Below are positions 55,943-64,000 of a stretch of DNA of 64,000 bases, in pieces. The notes under the pieces are model-generated. The model made no database searches. It saw only the letters and a list, made by a program, of their open reading frames with translations, and was not told where the DNA came from. A program made the position numbers and the translations under genes. This DNA is from Prorocentrum cordatum (taxonomy: Eukaryota), in the NCBI GenBank assembly GCA_963575745.1, contig CAUYUJ010000003.1, positions 1,426,001-1,490,000 of the forward strand, written 5' to 3'. Every line of letters begins with the position of its first letter. The stretch's first letter is position 1.

Positions 55943-56080
55943 ATGGCGGCTGCTCGCGTGGGCCTTCCGCCGCTGCTCGCGCTGCTGGCGCTCCGCGTCG
56001 CGGGCGCGGCGCCGCGGGCGGGCCGCAGGCTGTGGTCCTGGGCGCAGCAGCTGGACCACATCTGGGGCCGGTGCGACCAG
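55943..56080 (+). CDS. Probable first exon of a host gene with an N-terminal signal peptide; product unknown
   Basis: MAAARVGLPPLLALLALRVAGAAPRAGRRLWSWAQQLDHIWGRCDQ, downstream of the SL relic, GC-rich third positions, ends CAG|ga. Confidence 0.6.
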
Positions 56081-56107
56081 GATCGGCGGCGAAATCCTAA
56101 GCCCCTC

Positions 56108-56375
56108 GCCTCCTCCTCCTCCTCCTCCTCCTCCTCCTCCTCCTCCTCCTCCTCCTCCTCCTCCTCCTCCTCCTCCTCCTCCTCCCTCCTCCTCCTCCTC
56201 CTCCTCCTCCTCCTCCTCCTCCTCCTCCTCCCTCTCCTCCTCCAATTCCTCCTCCTCCAATTCCTCCTCTCTCCTCCTCCTCCTCCCTCCTCCCTTCTCC
56301 TCCTCCTCCTCTCCTCCTCCCTCCTCCTCCTCCCTCCCTCCTCCCTCCTCCTCCTCCTCCTCCCTCCCTCCTCCC
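56108..56375. repeat. (CCT)n microsatellite, insertion site of the LINE; resumes at 63404-63478
   Basis: Directly visible. Confidence 0.96.
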
Positions 56376-56515
56376 AGCCGTTTGGGCCCCGACCGCCCGA
56401 GGTGCTGAGGTGCACCACGGGCTTTTGTGGCCTCCGACAATCTCCACGCGATTTCGGCTGGGATGGACAGTCCTCGAGACGGGATCCAGATCACAAATAG
56501 TCGGTAGAAAAAACG

Positions 56516-57775
56516 ATGGGTAAGAGCAAGCGCTCTCGCATCGCGAAGAAGCAGCAGGAGGTGCAGCCTGGGGACCCATGGCCGCCGCTCCCGCTCCGTC
56601 CTGGGCCTCAGCAGGCCGCGCCGCGGGGGAGCGGCATCGGGTGGGCGCCATGGCATGTGCCTCAGCCGTGGTATGTGCCGCCGCCGCCGCCCCTGCCTGG
56701 GGCTGTGCGGCACCAGCGTGAGTCTCCCCAGGCTCAGGACACCAAGGTGAAGTGCTCGGCGTGTCCGCGCTGGGCCTGGACGAGTAAGTTGGCGATGTAT
56801 AAGAACACTTGCCTCTGCGGGGCGCCCTTCAGCAACCTTCCGCCGCCCGAGGCCGACGTGGGCGGTGGCGGGCCCAAACCTGGCAAGGGCAAGGGCAAGG
56901 GGAAGGACCTGGGCGCTTTGGAGGCGCAGCTGGAGGCGGTCCTCAAGGAGCGCGGCGGCACCGAGCAGGCGAAGGCGGCCCAGGCGCTGCTGGATGCTAC
57001 GCGGGCTGCTGGCAAGAAGGCGGACACGGCGCTACCGATCACGCAGCAGGTGACGGCGGCGGCGTCGAAGGTGCAACGGGCTCAGTCGGCTTTCGACAAG
57101 GCCCAATCTCAGCAGTTGAAGTTGTCCAGGGAATTGGAAAAGTGTAAGACGACGCTCCAGGATGCTGCGCAGACGTTGGCACAGGCTGAGGCGGAGAGGG
57201 CCACTCTTTTTCGCTCCATGGTGCCGACGGCTGCGGGCGGTGGCGGTCAGGCGAGCAACACCATCGATTTGTCGGCGCTGTTGTCGGCGCAGTCGGTGGA
57301 CGACTCGCTGTTCTCCATCTCTCTTGGTGCTGAGTTCGACAATGAGGATGGTCTCATCGAGCAAAAGGATATGGAAGAGCTGGATCGTCGGAAAAAGGCT
57401 GTCATGGATGCGCTGATGCACACCTTGCGAGCCACGTTCGGTGAGGCTCACGAGAAGCTCAAGGAGCATCGCGACAACCTGTCGGCGATGCGCGAGAAGG
57501 TCGCCAAGCGGCGCAGGGAGCATTCGCCTGGGCCACCTCAGGCGGCGGAGGCGACGGGCGCTGGTCCTGCGCCTGCGGCGGCCTCGGCCAACCAGGCGGG
57601 CTCGGGCGCGGCCGCCAGCTCGGCTGCAGGCGGCTCTGCGGGCGACGGGGGCGAGCCCGACGCTGTGGAGGCGGCGCGCCTGGCGGCTCTCGAGAGCAAG
57701 CTCAAGGCGGACGCGGAGGCGCTGCTGGCGACGGCGCGCTCGGCGGCGGCTACGGCTGGGCCGCCGAGCCTTTAG
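56516..57775 (+). CDS. LINE ORF1 (gag-like), 419 aa, intact
   Basis: ATG start, CxxC...CxC zinc-ribbon-like motif (KCSACPRW...TCLCG), GKGKGKGK, long Ala/Gln/Glu coiled-coil regions; directly upstream of ORF2. Confidence 0.85.
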   Translation: MGKSKRSRIAKKQQEVQPGDPWPPLPLRPGPQQAAPRGSGIGWAPWHVPQPWYVPPPPPLPGAVRHQRESPQAQDTKVKCSACPRWAWTSKLAMYKNTCLCGAPFSNLPPPEADVGGGGPKPGKGKGKGKDLGALEAQLEAVLKERGGTEQAKAAQALLDATRAAGKKADTALPITQQVTAAASKVQRAQSAFDKAQSQQLKLSRELEKCKTTLQDAAQTLAQAEAERATLFRSMVPTAAGGGGQASNTIDLSALLSAQSVDDSLFSISLGAEFDNEDGLIEQKDMEELDRRKKAVMDALMHTLRATFGEAHEKLKEHRDNLSAMREKVAKRRREHSPGPPQAAEATGAGPAPAAASANQAGSGAAASSAAGGSAGDGGEPDAVEAARLAALESKLKADAEALLATARSAAATAGPPSL

Positions 57776-58149
57776 CCGCTCGGATCCCCTCGATCGCGGC
57801 GGGCCTGATGGTCGAGGGGCATGCCCGCCAGCTACGAGTACGAGATCGGCCCCTACAAGTGCTGGCGCTGCTGCGGATGCTCTGGCCACTGGGACCCCCT
57901 CACCCCCTTTCGTTGCAGCGCGTGGGCGTGAGCCCTGTCCGCAGTCGACGGTGTCGACTGTGGGGGCCGCTGAAGGGGGGGAGGCGTGCGTTCTCGGTGG
58001 CCCCGCGGCAGTGGTGGCTTCGTCGTCTGGGACTTCCAGTTCGTGTACAGACCTGGCAACCGCAGGCCCCCCCCGCCGCTCTCCGAGCGGTCTCCAAGGG
58101 GTTAAAGGGGGGGAGCGCCTTCTCGGGGGCCAGGTCGGATCCGATGCAG

Positions 58150-61100
58150 TCGTGACCCGCCGTGCGCTGTACATGCGGAACTTGGGTGGATGGGGACCTG
58201 CTGCGCGATCTGTGCGTCGAGGTCGTGCCGCTGATATCCTCGTGTTTCCTGAGACTCATGTTCCTGAGGCTGGATCGTACGAGTTGTTGCATGATTGGCG
58301 CAAGGCAGGTTACATCGGCATGTTGTCTGCCGCTTACGAGCAGAATGGTAAGTTTCGAGCAGGTGGCATCACCATGGGCGCTTTGAAGAAGTACAAGGTT
58401 CAGTCGATGCGGCATTTGGCGTCGTCGCCATCGGACCAGGTCGGGCTTCGTGATCTGGATCGGCGTCCAGAGGCCCTGCCAGGCATCGACTTTCGTGATA
58501 TGGTGGCTATGCAGCTACGGGCCCAGGGCCAGTTCTTGTTGATCGTTGGCGTGTACATGACCTCTTCGATCGGGCCGAAGGCTAACGCTTCCAAGCTCGC
58601 TAACGTGGGCACTTTGGTCTCGACGGTTCAGGGGCCGTGGCTCGCCATCGGTGATTGGAATATGACCCCGAAAGAGTTAGCAGGTACGGGTTGGTTGGAT
58701 CTTGTGAATGGCAGTGTGATCGTTCCGTCCAACACCGAGTACACGTGCACGTTGGGCTCAGGGCGCATGTTGGATTATATCGTGGCTTCTCCGCATGCAA
58801 TGCCGTGGGTCGAGTCTCTCTTGGCGGACTTTCAGGCGGTGGAGGGGGCGGGCAAGGCCCATTATGGGCTTCAGCTCAGCCTCAACTTCGACGCCTGCCG
58901 TGCCAGAGCGTGGCTCATGAGGTTGCCGCGAGCTTTCCCACACCCTGCTCGGCCTAAGCTGTGTGCTGATCCTGATAGCAAGCGCTCGCGGAAGAAAGCG
59001 GAGCAGCAGGCGGATCGAGAGGTTCAACCCTTGGGTGTCATGCCCGCTCCACCGTCTTGGGGGCCGAGGCGCAAGCTGGTCATCAAGAGCCCGCCCCCGC
59101 TGCATTATGCCCTTTTTGACGAGGAGGAGGACGGGGTTTTCACGGACGGTGAGGACACGGACGTCCCTGATGATGATGATGATGTGCAGGTGGCCGTCTC
59201 TGATTCGGAAGTGGACACGTATGCCCCGATTCAGTCGGAGTGGTCGTCGGAGGCGAAGGATCTGTTGTGGCAGCAGGTGGCGCCCTCAGTTTCGCGTCGA
59301 CCCGTTCCTGATTTTGTTCAGCAGTCTTTGGCGTTTCAGGCGGCCGAGGAGGAAGCTCATGACCTTGGGGATGTTTTCGCGTCTTGGGTCTCAACCATGG
59401 AGTTGTATTATCTTGAGTTGTATAAGGTGGACCCCTTGGCGAGGAGGCGGTACCGTGGTCGTGATTCCTTGCGAGGCCCTCAGTTGGGAGTGTATGCTGG
59501 GAGCAAGCCTTACCCTGCTGTCGCTGATCCTAGCGCTCGCTGGTGGGCCTCTGTGGCTAACCTGTTGGATGAGTTGGTGGGCCAGAAGGGGGACAAGCGC
59601 AATCTCCCTCGGGCACGGCATCTTCGCGACCAGCTTACGCAGCTGGCTGGCTCCATCCCGTCTACGCAGATCGTTCCCCTGCCTGCCCGTCGTCGTGATG
59701 GATGGCTTCGTGGTCTGCGAACTTTGGATGGGGCGACCTCGGAGTCGTTGGCGGCTTTCGCTGCTGGGGCGCGCAGGGCCTCGGACCAGGCCCAGCGCGC
59801 TGTCGCTCGGCAGCGTCACCACGCTTTTCGCGATTGGGTCCAGCAGCAGGCTGTTCTGGGATGTGGCGCTCTGCATCGGTTTGTACGGGACCCCACGGCC
59901 GAGGTCAGCGAGGTCAGAGTGCACGGCGACACTTCTTTTGATGCGGCTTATGTGATGGAGGCCAATGCGGCGCTGTGGAGTGCGATATGGACGCCATCCG
60001 ACGTCGTCGACGACCAGGCGCTCCGCGTGCTGCAGCGGGCTCGGAGGCTGGCGCTTCAGGACGAGCTGGAGCCCCTCACTCTGGAGCAGCTGGAGGAGGC
60101 GCTTCGCGCTGTGCCGCCTCGCAAGGCGCGCGGCATCGAGTCGGTCGGCCAGCGTGACGTCTGGTGGCTGCCTGAGTCTGGCCGCCGTGCGCTGCTCGAT
60201 CTGTTTCACTTGATCGAGGCCAAGGTTGCTTGGCCTTGGCAGTGGCTCACCGCTATCGTTGTTCTGCTTCGCAAACCTGATGTGCGCAAGGATCGCGCCA
60301 TAGGCTTGCTTACCTGGCTGGGTCGTTTGTGGAGCCGCATGCGGTCTCGCCCTGCGGAAGTGTGGGCTGCGGCTCGCTCTGGTCCTTGGGACGCCGCAGT
60401 TCGAGGCAACAGCGCTCTACGAGAGGCTCTGCTCAGGTGTTATGCTGACGAGGCTGCGCTTGCCTCAGTCCTGCCTGAGTATTGCTCTGCCTCAGTGTTG
60501 TGGGATGTGGAAGCGTTCTATGACACTATCCGGTGAGATCGCGTGGTCGACCATGCGATCCATCTTGATTTTCCCCCGCATCCCCTAGCCTTGGAGGGTA
60601 TTCTTCACATGGGGCCTCGGCTTTTGAGGGACGAGGGGGTTTTCGCTCCGCCTATCATTCCGCATGGTGGGCTTGTGGCTGGAGCTCGTAGGGCTCCCGA
60701 TTTCTCGAAATGCCAAATGTTCGAGATTTGTGAACGTGCGTGTGCCAGCAGTGCCCTTGTTTCCCTCCGTACGTGGATCGATGACGTCACCCAGCGTGCG
60801 GAAGGTCTCAAGCGAGATGTCATTCGTGAATTAATCCAAGCTGGGGCTGTTTTTGCCTCGGGCTGCGAACAGGAGCAGCTGAGGATTGCCAGCAAGTCGA
60901 CTATCGTGGCGTCTGAGCTTTCGGTGGCGGGTGCTATCCAAGCTGGCCTAGGATCGAAAGGCATCCAGGTCGAGGTGGCCTCGGTTGCGGCGGATCTGGG
61001 CATTGAAAGGGGCAGTGGCGTTTCTGTCGCCAAGCCCCGCCACTCGAAGCGTCTCGGGCAAGCCACTCGTAGGGCGTGTCGTATCCATAAGTTAGCTGCT

Positions 61101-63324
61101 GTGGCCCCTCGCAAGATCGGGGCGCGTTTGATCCTCACTGGGGCTTTGCCGCAGGCTTCTTACGCCTGGAAGGTCTTTGGGGTCGCGCCCTCGGTCCTCC
61201 AGCAATGGCGACGGGCCCTAGCCAGCAGCTTAATTCGAGGCCAGGCGGGGCGGTGTCTCACGACCCTGCTGGCCTTGGAAGTTCGGAAAAAGGACCCTGC
61301 CTTCACCACGGTGTTTCAGCTTTTGGAGTCCTGGTTTCAGATCGTCGCTGCGTTGCCTGAAAAAAGGAGTGGACCGCATGCGTGCTTGTTGGTCTGCCAC
61401 GGTCGAGAGGATCGATTGCTTGGGCCCCCAGCGCAGGTGGCACAATATAAAAGGACCTGTGTCAGCTGTGGTCGCTACCATGACGGCTCTGGGATGGAAG
61501 CTCGATGGGCCTTGGTCTTGGGTTGCTCCTGGGGGTGATGTCTTCGCCGTTCCCGATGAGCTTCGCTCCCAGGCTTATATGACGTCGGATTTTTAAAAGG
61601 AAGTGGGCCGTAGCATTGAGGCACGTTTATGGTCTGCTGCCGCCGAGTTCCGCAATGGAGGGGGTCTTGCATCTGGCGTCGACCTCAAGGTTGCTTGGCG
61701 GCACCTTGCGTCCTTGCGTAGGAAGTCGCCTCAGAAGGCGGGCTTGCTCAGGGCTGTCCTCACTGGGGCCGTCTGGACGAGGGGCCGTATTCAGGCCTCT
61801 GGGGGAGAGTGTGAGCTCACCTGTCCCCGTTGCAACTCGGCCCCTGGAACGGACGTCCATCGTTTCTGGGAATGCCAGTGCAACAGTGAATTTCAGGAAG
61901 TGGACGATGGGTTCGCGCGTAAGGCCGCCTCGGTGGCTGCCGAACTCCCATGTTTCTGGCTTCGCGGTCTCGTGCCCCGTGAGTGGACGTCCGTCCCTCC
62001 GCCTCCCGACGACCCCATCCTCTGTGCCGCTGGTGTGTTTCCTGGGCCTCGGGGGGGAACTCGCATCTGGGGCGCGGGGGATGCGAGTGGTGGGGAGTTT
62101 ACGAAGGACAAGCGTCTCAGGCGGGTGTCATGGGGCGTCGCGGTTTTTGGCCATGATGTTTTAACCCTGCCCCCACTTGTGTCGGATGCCGACATTCAGT
62201 TTCTCTCTGGAGGCGGGATCTCTGGTAAGCAGTCTGTGAATCGTGGGGAGCTTTGGGCCCTTCTTGCGTTTTTGGAAGGAGCTCACCCCCAGGCGTGTCT
62301 TGGATACGTCGCGGATTCGGCCTATGTTGCGAGGGGATTTGCTCGCATCAAGGCTGGCCTTTTGCAGCGAATTCAGACTCATGTTGATCTCTGGTGGCGT
62401 GTCCAGAGCGCTCTGGATCGTCTTGGGGATGTGGTTCTCATTCTGATTCCGAGTCACCTCAAGGTTGAGGAGGCCGTGCGCCTTGGATTAAACCCTGGCG
62501 TCGTGCTGGCGAATGCGGTGGCCGATGCGGTTGCGAGCCACTTCGCCCAGCAGGTTCAGGTCCCATTTGCTGTCTCGGCTCCCGTCAGATTCGCTGATGG
62601 GTTAGCTCGGAAGGTACAGAATCACTTGCTTGCTGTGATGTCAGATGTTTTGGAGCGTGAGGGCGGACGCCCTCCCCGACCCCCTAAGGAGAAGGCTCGG
62701 AGATCGGCCCGCCAGCTCCTTCGTGCTGCGGCGGTGAGGTCCTCTCATAATTGCCCCATGCTGTGGGGGGACTTCGCCCAGTGCCAGAGATGCGGTTGCT
62801 CTTCAACCGCCCGTGACCTGACATCGTTTTTGAATTCGCAGTGTACTCCTATGGAATGGTCTGGTGCGGTCTATCGACCGACGGCTGCTGTGTGTGTTCG
62901 TAGTCGGCTTGTGGACCCTTCCCACGCCTTGGCGTTTTGGCCCGTGGCGAATGTGCTGTGGTGTTTGACTTGTGGGTCTTATTCGACCCAGCATTTGAGG
63001 GACCTGGGTAAGGTCTGCTCGGGCCGCCTCGAGAAGGCGGGGGCCCAAAACCTGTCCAGGATCGCCCAGGGCAAGGTCCCTGGGAGTTTGGTTTGGGGGA
63101 AGGAGCGGAGGGAGAGGGCTAGCGCGAATAGTGGGGAGGGAGAGAGAGAGAGAGCGGCGAGTGCGGCCCCGCGTGCTCGGCGCGCGGCGCCGTTCGGGTC
63201 TGCCGCGGTCGCGGCCGACTTCCACGCGGCCGTGGCCGCCAACAGGCGCCGCCCCGCCTCTCTCCCCCCGCCCGCGCGCCCTCCTCCGCCTCCTCTGTTC
63301 CCCCCGCCAACCTCGATGGCATAG
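58150..63324 (+). pseudogene. LINE ORF2: APE endonuclease, reverse transcriptase, Zn finger, RNase H, C-terminal Cys motifs
   Basis: APE: MRNLGG, PETH, GVY, GDWN, LDY. RT: RAIGLL, WDVEAFYDTI, GGLVAG, WIDD. CPRC..HRFWEC. RNase H: GDASGG, NRGELWA, ADSAYV, PSH, NAVADAVA. CQRCG and WCLTCG. Lesions: TGA 60534-60536, frameshift near the A-run at ~61360, TAA 61594-61596. Confidence 0.93.
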
Positions 63325-63627
63325 TTGCCATTGAGGTTGGCCCTTTTCCTTTGTCCTTGATCATCATGATCGCTCGCTATATATATATATATATATATAT
63401 ATACTCCCTCCCTCCTCCCTCCTCCTCCTCCTCCTCCTCCTCCTCCTCCTCCTCCTCCTCCCTCCTCCTCCTCCTCCTTGCCGATCATCGTGAGCAGAAA
63501 ACTTCGGATAGAGATCTGGAGCTCCGCGTGCATTTTTCGCATCGGCGCCGGGCCCCCCCCCCCCCACCGGCGGCGCCTCCGGCGCGCGCTCCGCGCGCCG
63601 GGGAGGGGGGTTTCAGCGCCGATCGAG

Positions 63628-63942
63628 GAAGCGCGCGGAGCTCAGGAAGGTTCGCTTATGCAGTTTTCTGGTTCCTCGAGATTCAGGAGGGAAAAAGCAC
63701 AAAGACACAATTAATCGCCGACTCCCCAAACAATATAGGGAAATATGGGAAGTGGGGGGGAAGACAGAAACCCAAAACATATGGGAAAATATGGGGAATC
63801 CTGTTATTTGTGTGTATTTATTTGTGTGTCCTCTGGCCCCTTCATAGATCAGCGATTTAGGCAGCTTGCTGAGCGGCGGGGTCAGGTTTCGGAGTTCGTG
63901 CAGCACGTGGCAGAATCCGAAGCCAGCCCCCGCTTCCCATAG
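63628..63942 (+). CDS. Candidate downstream exons (63628-63686 and 63861-63942) of the gene starting at 55943
   Basis: ag|G acceptors and an AG|ga donor give a phase-consistent join EARGAQEGSLMQFSGSSRF-R-QLAERRGQVSEFVQHVAESEASPRFP*; other frames cannot be excluded. Confidence 0.35.
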
Positions 63943-64000
63943 ATTCAGAAGGCCCGATGGTTGGTGGGGGGTACATGTCGGTCGTTGAAAGTCAGTATGT

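Larger units (their letters stand above)
56376..63403 (+). mobile_element. Full-length LINE (ORF1 plus APE-RT-Zn finger-RNase H ORF2), ~7.03 kb
   Basis: Two-ORF layout, (TA)n 3' tail at 63377-63403, candidate 16-bp TSD ctccctccctcctccc at 56360-56375 and 63404-63419 (low complexity). Confidence 0.93.

Noticed and set aside
57032..58174. 380-aa antisense ORF over LINE ORF1
   Set aside because: Shadow frame of GC-rich coding sequence
60534..60536. Programmed TGA readthrough in ORF2
   Set aside because: More simply a TGG-to-TGA mutation, since the copy also has a TAA and a frameshift

Overview
GC-rich eukaryotic genomic DNA, most likely from a dinoflagellate. This is inferred from a 19/22 match to the dinoflagellate spliced leader, LINEs carrying a cytosine methyltransferase domain and AG|GA / AG|GC splice-like junctions. 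Most of the window is microsatellite ((CTA)n, (CATA)n, (CCT)n, (GAC)n), minisatellite and MITE/foldback DNA, so most ORFs in the track are low-complexity artefacts. Recognisable coding content is mainly non-LTR retrotransposons. (1) A full-length ~7.0 kb LINE (56376-63403, +) with intact ORF1 and an APE-RT-Zn finger-RNase H ORF2 broken by two stops and one frameshift; it appears to sit in the first intron of a signal-peptide gene preceded by a spliced-leader relic. (2) A 5'-truncated LINE (27296-~31920, -) encoding RT, C2H2 fingers, a C5 DNA methyltransferase-like domain and a C-terminal helix resembling RPA32-binding motifs. (3) A more decayed relative of element 2 at 1-2760 (+). (4) Gag-like and RNase H remnants at 9.1-11.2 kb. 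Short exon-like islands at 21.5-22.5 kb and 40.9-54.3 kb suggest host genes that I could not assemble.
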